From positions 128,001-192,000 of the forward strand of contig JAVZLQ010000004.1 of NCBI GenBank assembly GCA_038883655.1: DNA of 64,000 nt, in the 5' to 3' direction. The position numbers and the translations under genes were made by a program. This document shows positions 1-9,852 of the stretch, piece by piece. This DNA is from Candidatus Bathyarchaeia archaeon. Its GTDB lineage: Archaea > Thermoproteota > Bathyarchaeia > Bathyarchaeales > Bathycorpusculaceae. The notes below the pieces were generated by a model. That model was not told where the DNA came from. It ran no database searches and worked only from the letters and a program-made list of their open reading frames with translations. Position 1 is the stretch's first letter, and each line of letters starts with the position of its first letter.

Positions 1-38
1 TCAGGGATATTTTAGACCCAACATTAAGGAGACGATGA
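1..38 (+). CDS. 3' end of peptide ABC transporter permease (OppC/DppC-like), partial
   Basis: Frame from nt 3 reads RDILDPTLRRR*, the typical (L)RDxLDP C-terminus of OppC; stop overlaps next ATG. Confidence 0.75.
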   Translation, partial: RDILDPTLRRR

Positions 39-1162
39 TTATGGAAAAACCTCTACTAGATATCCAGGATTTAGTTTTAAGATTTTATACATATGAAGGT
101 ATAGTTGAAGCTTTAGACGGCATAAAATTGACGCTGAAGGCAGGTGAAACGCTTGGACTTGTTGGTGAAACAGGATGCGGTAAGTCTGTAACAGGGCTTT
201 CAACTCTTGTCCTTGTTCCACCCCCAGGTAGAATTGAGGGTGGGCGTGTGATTTTCAAACGGAAAGACAAAAGGTACGATCTGCTGAAGCAGCGTGATGT
301 CTTTCTGAGAGCCGTTAGGGGCAAGGACATCTCCATGATTTTCCAAGATCCAAGATCAGCCCTGAATCCAGTATATACGGTTGGAGAACAGATTATAGAG
401 GTCCTTTTGCTTCATCGGCGAGTGGAGTTATGTAAAAAGGTTTTTCAGCAAGGAAATCTTTCAAGGCTAGAGAAGTATGCTTATTTCAGACTACTTACAA
501 ATCCGTATTCTATCCCTTTGAGAATCATATCACGGATACCCGTACTTAATCGATATAAACGTAAGATAAACCAATTGGCTAGAGAAGAAGCCATAAAAAT
601 GCTTAGGATAATGCGTATACCCGACCCGGAAAGAGTCGTAGACATGTATCCCCACGAACTTAGTGGCGGCATGGCCCAGCGTGTTGTCATAGCGATGGCA
701 CTTGCTTGCAATCCAGAACTTTTAATCGCAGACGAACCGACCACTAATCTTGATGTCACTGTTCAGCTTCAAATCTTAAACTTAATTAGAGAACTTAAGG
801 AAAAGTACAGGTCGTCAATATTATATATAACACATGATATGGGAGTTGTCGCAGAATTATGTGATCGTGTAGCTGTTATGTATGCAGGAAATGTTGTCGA
901 AATAGCAGGGGTCTATGAGATCTTCAAGAATCCTCTTCATCCATATACGAAAGGTTTATTAGAGTCTATTCCGCGTGCTGGGCATCCATTTAAATCGATT
1001 GAGGGCACTGTGCCAAGCCTGATAAATCCTCCAAAAGGCTGTAGGTTCCATGATAGGTGCCATTACGCTATGGACATTTGTGTTACTACGAAACCAGAAA
1101 TGGTGGAGGTTAAGAAGGAACATTTTGTAGCGTGTCATCTTTATCAGAGGGGACTTGAATGA
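35..1162 (+). CDS. oppD: Oligopeptide/dipeptide ABC transporter ATP-binding protein (OppD/DppD), with ~50 aa insertion
   Basis: Walker A GETGCGKS, LSGGMAQ signature, IADEPTT, C-terminal HPYT and GCRFHDRC motifs. Confidence 0.93.
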   Translation: MIMEKPLLDIQDLVLRFYTYEGIVEALDGIKLTLKAGETLGLVGETGCGKSVTGLSTLVLVPPPGRIEGGRVIFKRKDKRYDLLKQRDVFLRAVRGKDISMIFQDPRSALNPVYTVGEQIIEVLLLHRRVELCKKVFQQGNLSRLEKYAYFRLLTNPYSIPLRIISRIPVLNRYKRKINQLAREEAIKMLRIMRIPDPERVVDMYPHELSGGMAQRVVIAMALACNPELLIADEPTTNLDVTVQLQILNLIRELKEKYRSSILYITHDMGVVAELCDRVAVMYAGNVVEIAGVYEIFKNPLHPYTKGLLESIPRAGHPFKSIEGTVPSLINPPKGCRFHDRCHYAMDICVTTKPEMVEVKKEHFVACHLYQRGLE

Positions 1163-2211
1163 GTCGCTTAATTGCTGTTCGTAGGTTGAAAAAATATTAC
1201 CCCATATATGGTGGGGTTCTTAGGCGAAAAGTAGCTGAGGTGAAAGCTGTAGATGGCGTAAATTTGGATATAAAAAGAGGAGAATGTCTTGGCATAGTGG
1301 GTGAGTCTGGTTGCGGCAAGACTACATTAGCTAAAACAATAATTCGTTTACTTAGCCCGAGTGCTGGCAGTATATATTTCGCTGTTCCAGATGATGTTTT
1401 CGAGGAAATAGAGAAGTTGGAGAAGGATGGTACAGATAAGAAGAAACTGGATAAACTTCGTAAAGAGTATGATTTGGCCAAATTTAAAGGTAATAAGTTA
1501 AAGAAAATTAGAAGGAAAATGCAGATCGTATTTCAAGATCCAACGACTTCCCTTGATCCCAGAATGCTTGTCAAAGATATAGTTGGTGAACCTTTAATAG
1601 CGCAGAAGTTGGCTAGAGGACCGGAGGTTAAGAGAAGGGTTGTTGAAATATTAAATAGAGTTGGGCTTACTGAGAGGCATTTATATAGGTATCCGCACGA
1701 GTTTAGTGGCGGTCAGAGGCAGAGAATCGCCGTTGCTCGGGCGTTAGTGGTTAATCCGGATTTTGTTGTTTTAGATGAACCTACCTCTGCGGTTGACGTT
1801 TCCGTTAGGGCTCAACTTCTCAATCTGTTTCAAGAGTTACAGAAGAGCTTTAATCTAACTTATCTTTTTATAAGTCATGATTTAAGCGTTGTTGAATGTA
1901 TTTCTGATAGAGTTGGTGTTATGTATCTTGGAAAGCTGGTTGAACTTGCTTCTACTGCAGAAATTTATAAGAATCCATTACATCCTTACACTCTCGCTCT
2001 TTTCTCAGCGATTCCGGTTCCTGATCCCACTGTAAAGAGGGAGCGCATCATGCTTAGTGGTGATGTGCCAAGCCCTGTGAACCCACCTGCAGGTTGTAGG
2101 TTTCATCCACGTTGTTCTATAGCCATGGATGTTTGCCGCCAAGTTGAACCGGAGCTTATTGATGTTGGGCGGGAGCATATGGTTGCATGTCATGCAGTTA
2201 ATAAAGTGTAG
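1159..2211 (+). CDS. oppF: Oligopeptide/dipeptide ABC transporter ATP-binding protein (OppF/DppF)
   Basis: GESGCGKT, FSGGQRQR, LDEPTS, HPYT, GCRFHPRC; overlaps oppD stop. Confidence 0.93.
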   Translation: MSRLIAVRRLKKYYPIYGGVLRRKVAEVKAVDGVNLDIKRGECLGIVGESGCGKTTLAKTIIRLLSPSAGSIYFAVPDDVFEEIEKLEKDGTDKKKLDKLRKEYDLAKFKGNKLKKIRRKMQIVFQDPTTSLDPRMLVKDIVGEPLIAQKLARGPEVKRRVVEILNRVGLTERHLYRYPHEFSGGQRQRIAVARALVVNPDFVVLDEPTSAVDVSVRAQLLNLFQELQKSFNLTYLFISHDLSVVECISDRVGVMYLGKLVELASTAEIYKNPLHPYTLALFSAIPVPDPTVKRERIMLSGDVPSPVNPPAGCRFHPRCSIAMDVCRQVEPELIDVGREHMVACHAVNKV

Positions 2212-2222
2212 CTTTAGTTTAT

Positions 2223-2699
2223 TTATTGTTCTTTGATTAGTATTGTTATATTGCCGTATGCTTCGTCGCTGTCTATTCTTATTGTGAATGGGAAGTATCC
2301 GTCTTCTGTTTTTATGCTGCGGTAGGCGTACTGTAACTTTGGCAGCGTAATGTCTATTGTTTTGTTTTGCTTTATCTCGTCTATATATGGCCACTCTTCT
2401 AGTGGTGAAAATCCTGGGACTATTATGAGTACGTGATGCGCGTCTCCGCCGATTGCCGTGAGTTTGAAGCGTACTTGCGTGATGAATAAGTATTCGTTGG
2501 TGCTTCTGCTTTCATCCCATTCCGTTGGGATAGCGTCTTTAATTTCAAAATATTCGTTTGCTGGTACTTTTTGTCGTGACGGTTTGGGTGTTTGTGCTTC
2601 GCGGATCGCTGCTATGAGAATTACGGTTATTGCTATTGTAAAGAATGAGTAAATGTAAATTTTTCGAGTTTTTCGCCTTCTTTTTGCCTTTCTTTTCAT
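2223..2699 (-). CDS. Hypothetical membrane-anchored protein
   Basis: Basic N-terminus, one TM helix, beta-rich soluble domain. Confidence 0.65.
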   Translation of the reverse strand: MKRKAKRRRKTRKIYIYSFFTIAITVILIAAIREAQTPKPSRQKVPANEYFEIKDAIPTEWDESRSTNEYLFITQVRFKLTAIGGDAHHVLIIVPGFSPLEEWPYIDEIKQNKTIDITLPKLQYAYRSIKTEDGYFPFTIRIDSDEAYGNITILIKEQ

Positions 2700-2866
2700 G
2701 TGCGCTCACTAGTGATATTAAAATTTGAGCTTGTTTTCACATTAAGAGGTCTACGTTATAAGGGTGATTTGTGTTTCACATAAGTGTTTTGCTCTATTTT
2801 TAGTATATTTGAGTTTGCGACAAGTTTATTTTTAGATTTAGCATAACCTTTTTCGAGGAAGGCTAT

Positions 2867-3610
2867 TTGCTTCCAATAGGACTGAGAGTTCTCATTTCGT
2901 TATTCATTGGGTTCTTTGTTTTTAGGCCTGATGCTGTAGTTTTGTCTTATGGCGAGCCACCGCAGATTTTGGGAAGTATTGGTTATACCATTTCGACTGA
3001 TTCTGTCAGGTTTTTTGTTGTTGATGGTGTTGTTTATAATACTTTAGGTGCAAATGTTAAGTTGAATGTTACCGCTACCTTTTATGCAGCTCAGAATTTT
3101 TCGTTGGGAACTTCTTATGGCGGAACAAGTTTAAAGATATTGAGGCCTGGGCAGAAGGCGCCTTTTACCATTTATTTTGCGTTGAATTCCACCGATGATG
3201 TGTCACGTTATGACCTTGCTGTTTCTTATGTTGAAACTGACGAACAGCCTTTTGATGTTCTTGAGTTTAGGAATGTGGAAAATCGAAGCGAAGATTCGCG
3301 TTTGGTGATTGTTGGTGAGGTTTGGAACGGAAGGCCCTTTAAAGCTCTTAACGTTGGTGTTGCCTGTATTTGTTATAATGCTAGTGGAGGTTTTTGTGGC
3401 TTATATCGTACTTTTATTCGTTCAATTGACGGCGGAGAGTCTGGGAATTTTACAATTGGAATTGATGATCCGCTGCTTGTTGCTCGGTTTGATTTAGTTG
3501 CTTATTCTGGTGGTTATGAGTATACTTTCATTGCGAATTATGTTTTTTTTGCCTTTTTGGTTTTAGCCTTTGTTGTTTTCCTTGTTTTTATGAAGAGAAG
3601 GGGCTGGTGA
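2867..3610 (+). CDS. Membrane-anchored surface protein with two FxLYD-like Ig domains
   Basis: Two repeats of VxGxVxN...VxATFY/ICYN...LxPGQxAPF; C-terminal TM + KRRGW. Confidence 0.65.
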   Translation: MLPIGLRVLISLFIGFFVFRPDAVVLSYGEPPQILGSIGYTISTDSVRFFVVDGVVYNTLGANVKLNVTATFYAAQNFSLGTSYGGTSLKILRPGQKAPFTIYFALNSTDDVSRYDLAVSYVETDEQPFDVLEFRNVENRSEDSRLVIVGEVWNGRPFKALNVGVACICYNASGGFCGLYRTFIRSIDGGESGNFTIGIDDPLLVARFDLVAYSGGYEYTFIANYVFFAFLVLAFVVFLVFMKRRGW

Positions 3611-3623
3611 GCCGCTGAGCCGC

Positions 3624-3638
3624 TGGAAGAATGTTCCA
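3624..3638 (+). promoter_or_regulatory. Palindromic operator TGGAA-N5-TTCCA, 5 nt upstream of TATA-like box
   Basis: TGGAAGAATGTTCCA then TAAAG then CTTATTTA; same arrangement at four other cluster promoters. Confidence 0.7.
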
Positions 3639-3711
3639 TAAAGCTTATTTATTTCACTTTTCATAAAATGTAGTGCAAGAAATTTGGGAGAGGTAAAGGA
3701 GAGAAAAGACT

Positions 3712-6360
3712 ATGAAGAAATCAACTTTAACGGCACTTTTGATTGTGGCGTTGATGTTTCCATTGATTGCTGTTCCGATGGTTCATGCGCAAGAACCAAC
3801 AGATCTTAAGCACCTGATTTTGGACACCATTGGTGAACCTCAAGATATTGATCCTGCGTGGGCTTATGATACTGCCAGCGCTGAACTTTTGATGAACATT
3901 TATGAGCCTCTGCTTTGGTTCAATCGTACCGAGATGGCCACTTATATTCCAAGACTTGCGGTAAGCTGGACTTTGGAGGCTATTGACGAGGTTAGTCCTG
4001 AAGGGCTGGAGTGGAAATCTAGGGTTACTTTTAAGTTGCGTGTTCCAGAAAATGGTTATGCTCCTGTTTACTTCCACAGCGATGGTGTGAATGATATTCC
4101 TGGTGAGGGTGCGCAGCTGACAGCTGTGGATGTTGAGTACACCTTTGAGAGACTGCTCATTACGGATGCTGCCACTGGCCCAAGCTGGATGGTTTGGGAG
4201 CCATTAACAGGCGGCTACGCCATGAGCGATTTGAACGAAACTCTAACAGACCTTGGCTGGCCAGTTAACGAGACAACTGGTTGGAACACGATGTGTGATG
4301 AGGCCATAGATCATGCTATTCAACAAAACGGAACGCACATTTGGTTTAACCTTATCATGCCATATGAACCGTTCTTACAAATAGTTGCTCAGAACTGGGG
4401 TGGAATACTAAATAAGGATTGGTGTGTATGGCACGGCGACTGGCCAGGCATGGAGGTCGGCGACGACTGGTACTTGTGGCATGACCCAGAAACTTCGCCA
4501 CTGTACAGTTCTGACCCGTCTGCTCCTGGTCCAAACTTGGACGCTGCTTTGGGTACTGGTCCATACATGCTTGACTATTGGAACAAGGGTTCAGGCAACG
4601 CTTGGTCCATAATTAAGAATCCGAACTACTGGATGGGTTGGGATACTCCATTCCATCCTGAAGGTTGGCCAGCAGGTGTAACAATTAACGGACACGTTGA
4701 GAGGTTCACTTCAAACTACATTCCTGAGTGGACCACGAGGCGGCTGAGGTTCCTTGGTGGTGTTTCAGATTTCTGCGCAGTTCCAAGAATGTACATGGGT
4801 CAAGTTTTGGGTCAGCCTGGAATAGACTGCATATATCCGCTGCCAGTGCTAGCGTGCGACGCGTTCTTCTTCAACTTCCTAGTAAAGGACACGAGCACAC
4901 ACTTGGGTAGAGTTCTGCCGAACGGCACGTTTGCAGAGGATGGATGTCCACCGAACATCTTTGAGGATCAAAACGTTAGGTTGGCATTCGCCCACATGTT
5001 CGATTACACAACCTTCCTATATGCAGCGTTCCTGAACGAGGCAGTTTCTCCGCCTACGCCAATAATTCCAGGATTAGCCTACCACGACCCGTCAATTGGA
5101 CAGACTGAAAACCCAGCGCTTGGAACAAAGAAGAAGTATGGAATTTCATTTGAGCCTCCAGACACTGAAGCATACAACTTGACATTGGCGGTGAAATACC
5201 TACAACAAGCATGGGGCGGCCAACTATGGGCGAACGGCTTCACAATGGATGCTGTTTACAATGAGGGCAACCTAGCAAGGCAAATAGCTGCTACTCTTAT
5301 TAAAGACGCCTTTGACTGGATTAACGCCCACTACGGCACAAAGTTCACTGTCAAAGTGACAAGCATTCCATGGGGCGCTTACAGAACAGAGCAAAGGGCA
5401 AGAGTTATGCCGTACTTCATCGTAGGCTGGCTGGCTGACTACCCAGACGCCCACAACTTTGCACACCCATTCATGCACAGCACTGGTGCATTCTCAAGGT
5501 GGCAAGGTTACAAGGGTGTAACAAGCTTCCCGAATGAGGAGTTTGATACACACATAGAGCAAGGCATTAACACGCTGAACCCAGCGGAGAGACAAGGCAA
5601 CTACACATGGCTACAGCAACACTATGTGGACTTCGCTCCGGGCTTTGTTACAGCGCAGGCTGCTGGAAGACACTTCGAAAGAGACTGGGTTGAGGGATGG
5701 TACTACAACCCAATCTACCCAGGAAACTATGTCTACGACTTGTGGAAGGCAATAGCCGTAACACCAAAGCCTGTTGATGTAGCCGTAACAGCAATAACAA
5801 GTGTTAAGACAATTGAAATAGGCTATCCATATCCGGACAACAAGCCCATACTACCATTCCCATCACCAATAGAAGTTGACGTTGAAAGAATAGACACAAA
5901 CACTGAAGTGCCAGCAATCCAAGTGATTATCGGTTTAGGCTTAAGAAACGTTGAAACTGGCAGAGAAATAATCTTAGACGTTGACCTTGCAACATTAACA
6001 ATCGGCGAAAGCTACACTGCGGAATTCTATGACTTCATACAAGATCCAAACGCGCCAATAGAGCCAGGCACCTACGTGGTGTTTGCCCAAGTCCTAGTCA
6101 TATCAGGATTCGCATATGACTCGGACGCTTCCAATAACAAGTTAAATGATGGCACAGTAGAAGTCGGCTACCTAGTTGGAGATGTCAACGTGGACGGCAG
6201 CGTCGACATGGCTGACATTTCAATCGCGATTGACGCGTTCATGACGTATCCTGGACACCCAGCATTTGACTTCAGATGCGACGTGCTCGAAGACCTCACG
6301 ATCGACATGGGTGACATTTCGTTCCTAATCGACTTATTCATGGTATCGTTTGACCCATAA
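3712..6360 (+). CDS. Peptide ABC substrate-binding protein (family 5) with Ig-like linker and C-terminal dockerin
   Basis: Signal peptide; DPAWAYD...NIYEPL, GTGPY, GWLADYPD SBP5 motifs; C-terminal duplicated Ca loops DVNVDGSVDMAD / DVLEDLTIDMGD. Confidence 0.88.
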   Translation: MKKSTLTALLIVALMFPLIAVPMVHAQEPTDLKHLILDTIGEPQDIDPAWAYDTASAELLMNIYEPLLWFNRTEMATYIPRLAVSWTLEAIDEVSPEGLEWKSRVTFKLRVPENGYAPVYFHSDGVNDIPGEGAQLTAVDVEYTFERLLITDAATGPSWMVWEPLTGGYAMSDLNETLTDLGWPVNETTGWNTMCDEAIDHAIQQNGTHIWFNLIMPYEPFLQIVAQNWGGILNKDWCVWHGDWPGMEVGDDWYLWHDPETSPLYSSDPSAPGPNLDAALGTGPYMLDYWNKGSGNAWSIIKNPNYWMGWDTPFHPEGWPAGVTINGHVERFTSNYIPEWTTRRLRFLGGVSDFCAVPRMYMGQVLGQPGIDCIYPLPVLACDAFFFNFLVKDTSTHLGRVLPNGTFAEDGCPPNIFEDQNVRLAFAHMFDYTTFLYAAFLNEAVSPPTPIIPGLAYHDPSIGQTENPALGTKKKYGISFEPPDTEAYNLTLAVKYLQQAWGGQLWANGFTMDAVYNEGNLARQIAATLIKDAFDWINAHYGTKFTVKVTSIPWGAYRTEQRARVMPYFIVGWLADYPDAHNFAHPFMHSTGAFSRWQGYKGVTSFPNEEFDTHIEQGINTLNPAERQGNYTWLQQHYVDFAPGFVTAQAAGRHFERDWVEGWYYNPIYPGNYVYDLWKAIAVTPKPVDVAVTAITSVKTIEIGYPYPDNKPILPFPSPIEVDVERIDTNTEVPAIQVIIGLGLRNVETGREIILDVDLATLTIGESYTAEFYDFIQDPNAPIEPGTYVVFAQVLVISGFAYDSDASNNKLNDGTVEVGYLVGDVNVDGSVDMADISIAIDAFMTYPGHPAFDFRCDVLEDLTIDMGDISFLIDLFMVSFDP

Positions 6361-6380
6361 ACGCCAACAAACATCCAAAA

Positions 6381-6398
6381 ATTCCCTTTTCTTTTTTA
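6381..6398 (+). terminator. Oligo-T archaeal terminator-like tract
   Basis: ATTCCCTTTTCTTTTTTA shortly after the stop; similar CCC(T)CTTTT tracts follow genes ending at 9775, 14154, 14935 and 19060. Confidence 0.5.
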
Positions 6399-6485
6399 AT
6401 ATTTATGCGTGCAACATCGTTATGAAACTCAAATTCGATTCGACAGATTAATAAATTGGACTTATAAAATTTAATCAGCCAAAAG

Positions 6486-7238
6486 GTGGGAGATTTGAGG
6501 AAACTTGCCTTAACATTAACGTTGATATCGCTTCTCCTCACGCTTCTAAACATAACTGGGCCAATAAGATTTCAAGAAGCTAAGGCGCAAGGAACAACAT
6601 TAGCCGTAAGCAAAATCTACAACGTAAACCAGACAGGAACTTTACTAGTCAACATAACTGTTTCAGAAGTTTCAGGCATGTTTGGATGGATTATAAGTCT
6701 ACAATGGGATCCAAGCGTATTGCAGGTGAACACCGGAGACAAGAACGGGCTTCTTAAAAGCAGAGTTTACTACAACATTTACGAAGGCGACTTCATGAAA
6801 AACGTAAGCGCAACAAGTTTTTCGGTGAATAGGGTAGACAATGCGACGGGCAACATTACGAATCTCTCATGCTTCTTCAAGGTTACGGGCACCACGGTTA
6901 GCGGCAGCGGGCTTCTCGCCACAATAAACTTTACACTGTTGGAGGTCGGCACAACCGCAATAAACGTTACATATTCTTCACTAATTAACAGGGATGGAAA
7001 GGGAATAGACCACATAGTAGTATCAGGTTTAGTCACAGATCAGCCCGAACCTCCTCCACCGCCAATTTGGACGCAGTTCTGGTTCCAGGCAACCCTTGTA
7101 ACAGTGATGGTCGTTGTTGTAATTCCCGCGCTAATTATAAAGAGGTTGAGCGGCAAAACGAGTTTAACAGCTGAGGACATAGAAAAGATAATGGGGTACG
7201 AGGAGAACGTTGAGGGCGAACCTCTAAACGAAGATTAG
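6486..7238 (+). CDS. Membrane-anchored single-cohesin protein
   Basis: Signal, cohesin-like pattern (VNITVSEV..GW..SLQWDPSVL..EGDFM..GSGLLATINF), PEPPPPP linker, TM helix, acidic tail. Confidence 0.75.
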   Translation: MGDLRKLALTLTLISLLLTLLNITGPIRFQEAKAQGTTLAVSKIYNVNQTGTLLVNITVSEVSGMFGWIISLQWDPSVLQVNTGDKNGLLKSRVYYNIYEGDFMKNVSATSFSVNRVDNATGNITNLSCFFKVTGTTVSGSGLLATINFTLLEVGTTAINVTYSSLINRDGKGIDHIVVSGLVTDQPEPPPPPIWTQFWFQATLVTVMVVVVIPALIIKRLSGKTSLTAEDIEKIMGYEENVEGEPLNED

Positions 7239-7311
7239 TGTGGCTATTATTTCTCTGAAATGAGTGTTTTTCAACATATTTATTTCATGTTCGAAACATT
7301 TCTTTTTTCGG

Positions 7312-7326
7312 TAGAAGATTTCTCCA
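7312..7326 (+). promoter_or_regulatory. Operator TAGAA-N5-CTCCA upstream of TATA
   Basis: TAGAAGATTTCTCCA, 5 nt gap, TTTAAATT. Confidence 0.6.
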
Positions 7327-7384
7327 TAACATTTAAATTGGCAGAGTGCGTAGTAATTTTTGCAAAAAGGAGAAGGGAGAAAAT

Positions 7385-9775
7385 ATGAGAAAGATTCTAC
7401 AGAAGGTTAGTGTGATTCCATTAGTTGCATTGATTCTTTTGGGTATGCTGCCAATGTTATCAATAGTTAACGCCGCCACAACAGAAATCTACGTGTCTCC
7501 AGCCAACATCATATACGACACCTCAACAGCCACTCTTGGAACCCGCTTCAACATAACCGTATGGGTTAAAGGCGTAGAAGACATGAAAACTTGGCAGGTG
7601 GAAATGCACTTCAACCACAGCGTAATAAACGTTACACGCTGGTTTGAACCTACATGGAACTCCAGCTACGTGTTCTATGGGAAAACGACGCTTCCAGTTC
7701 CAGCACCACCAAAAGTAAGTTATGGCTCTGTTAGTCCAACTGAAGGCTGGCTTGGTGTCGGTTCAGCGCTCTTCCCAGCTCCAAGCCCTGGAGGAGGCTT
7801 TACTGGTAATGGACTACTGTGCATAATAGAGTTTGAGATAAAGAGTTTGCCAGGAAAGTTTCAAGAGTTCACAAGCATACTTGATCTGAACTATCCAGGT
7901 GGCACGTTCTGGATTAAGGCAGGCGAATCCGCAAAAAGAGCATTTGACGTTTATACCCCTGGGTTCTACAAGATAACGTGGGTTCTCCCGCCGAAGCCAC
8001 GCCTAGCAGTTGACCCAACATACCGCGAGTATGGACCATGGGACTACGTTGTAGGCTGGAAATTCAACGAGCTAGTCTTCATAGACGATTTGGACCCAGC
8101 ATGGGGACTAACAACCGCGACATTCGCCCTAGAATTTGACCCAACGCTTCTCGCAATCTCGAGCTGGTCGGTTGACACACTTTGGGCTACATCCACGGTA
8201 ACTCCAGACACTGGAAGAATAAATGTTTCGGTTGCAGATCCAACGGCAACTCCAAGCGGAGACGTGCCCATAATCGTAATCGAATTCGAAATAATCTATC
8301 AAGGCGAGTCTCCGCCACTACCCCCAATGAGCTACAACGAATCGCCATTAAACCTCGTTGACATAGTGCTCTACAACCACGTTGAGCAAATACCGACAAA
8401 TCCGCCTCTTAACGGCAAAGTCAGAATATACGCGTTGATGGCGTTGCCGCTATCGTGGCTTGAGGTTGTAGACGCAGTGGACGGAGACCACCTAGTAGAA
8501 TTAGGACCAGAACCATCAATAGGCAAAGAATTCGAAGTCCACGTGATAATAAGGAACCTGCACCCAGAATGGAAGATGGTTGCATACCAGTTCAGGCTAT
8601 GCTTTGACGACTCGCTGATTGAAGGAGTAAGCATAACTGAAGGACCCTTCCTCAAAGACCCAAGATGGAACAAGTACGGCACACTATTCATCAGCAGATT
8701 TGACCCGCCAATCTATCCATACAGGGCATGCGCCGTGGTAGGCGACATCCTATGGAACTACACGTACCTAACAACGTTCCCACAGGCCCCAGGACCAGAC
8801 GTACCAAACCTAGTACCACCAGTCAATCCAATACTAGCAACAATCAGATTCCGCGCAAAGGCGCAAGCCTCAATTGACCTAAATGACGTGCTGGATCTTT
8901 GGGACGGAGGCATCCCACCAGTAGACCGCTTCCTAATGGATGTAGACAGGAACTGGATACCACTAACAGATAACATCAACTGCACTTACAAGATGAAAGG
9001 ATTCGGCCAGCCTGGAAGAGTAATCGACGTATTCGGTGGAGTAATAGACACGCAAATAACAGGGTTAGATCCATACCCAGACGGCTTCAACGGAAAAGGC
9101 CCTAACCAACCAATGGACATGGTGTGGCCACAAAAAGAAGTTGTACTATACGCCAAAGTAACATATAACTACTGGCCAGTGCAAAACAAACCAGTCTCAT
9201 TCGAAGTAACAGGACCAAATGGTTTTGAGTGGAAGGGCACAGCCATAACAAACGAAAGCGGCATCGCCAGAATAACATTCAGAATGCCATGGCAATGCTT
9301 CGACGCAGAAAAATACTTCGGAGTATACACAGTTACCGCAACAGCAGATGTATATTGCGTAGTTGTCAATGACACAATGCAGTTCCACTACGACTGGCTC
9401 GTAAGAATATTCAAAGTAACAACAAACAAGTTAGAGTACAACCACTGCGAAACAGTTGAAATAACAGTGACATACGGATCACACCTTATGATGCCAATCG
9501 ATCGGCAGAAATTCCCAGCTGAATTCTGGGTCTACATAAGCGATGAAGTCAACCAACCCATAGGCAAAGACCTAGAAAGACTTTACATCGGAGGAGCAAC
9601 CTTCTGCCAGTACAAGAATGGAACATTGACGTTCAGGATTCACGTACCCAAGTATGCAGTAGCTGGCTGGGCTGACATACATGTCAACTGCTTCAGCGAG
9701 AATCCAACGCTAGGCGGCTGGGCATGGTGTCCAGAAGTCTTGGTAGACAACGCCATATACATAAGGCCATACTAA
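7385..9775 (+). CDS. Secreted scaffoldin-like protein: three cohesin-like domains plus C-terminal Ig-like region
   Basis: ORF 7346..9775; likely ATG 7385 after purine-rich SD; three cohesin-like beta units (~7480-7975, ~8000-8430, ~8450-8995); no TM or dockerin seen. Confidence 0.72.
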   Translation: MRKILQKVSVIPLVALILLGMLPMLSIVNAATTEIYVSPANIIYDTSTATLGTRFNITVWVKGVEDMKTWQVEMHFNHSVINVTRWFEPTWNSSYVFYGKTTLPVPAPPKVSYGSVSPTEGWLGVGSALFPAPSPGGGFTGNGLLCIIEFEIKSLPGKFQEFTSILDLNYPGGTFWIKAGESAKRAFDVYTPGFYKITWVLPPKPRLAVDPTYREYGPWDYVVGWKFNELVFIDDLDPAWGLTTATFALEFDPTLLAISSWSVDTLWATSTVTPDTGRINVSVADPTATPSGDVPIIVIEFEIIYQGESPPLPPMSYNESPLNLVDIVLYNHVEQIPTNPPLNGKVRIYALMALPLSWLEVVDAVDGDHLVELGPEPSIGKEFEVHVIIRNLHPEWKMVAYQFRLCFDDSLIEGVSITEGPFLKDPRWNKYGTLFISRFDPPIYPYRACAVVGDILWNYTYLTTFPQAPGPDVPNLVPPVNPILATIRFRAKAQASIDLNDVLDLWDGGIPPVDRFLMDVDRNWIPLTDNINCTYKMKGFGQPGRVIDVFGGVIDTQITGLDPYPDGFNGKGPNQPMDMVWPQKEVVLYAKVTYNYWPVQNKPVSFEVTGPNGFEWKGTAITNESGIARITFRMPWQCFDAEKYFGVYTVTATADVYCVVVNDTMQFHYDWLVRIFKVTTNKLEYNHCETVEITVTYGSHLMMPIDRQKFPAEFWVYISDEVNQPIGKDLERLYIGGATFCQYKNGTLTFRIHVPKYAVAGWADIHVNCFSENPTLGGWAWCPEVLVDNAIYIRPY

Positions 9776-9852
9776 TAGCTAGCTTTATATTTCATCCCCT
9801 CTTTTTCTTGTTTAGTTGAAACTTAACATAAATCTCTAGGAGAGCCCATAAC

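Noticed and set aside
400-600. ~50-aa insertion in OppD (and a shorter one in OppF)
   Set aside because: No intein hallmarks (no C/S start or HN end); probably an ordinary lineage-specific helical insertion
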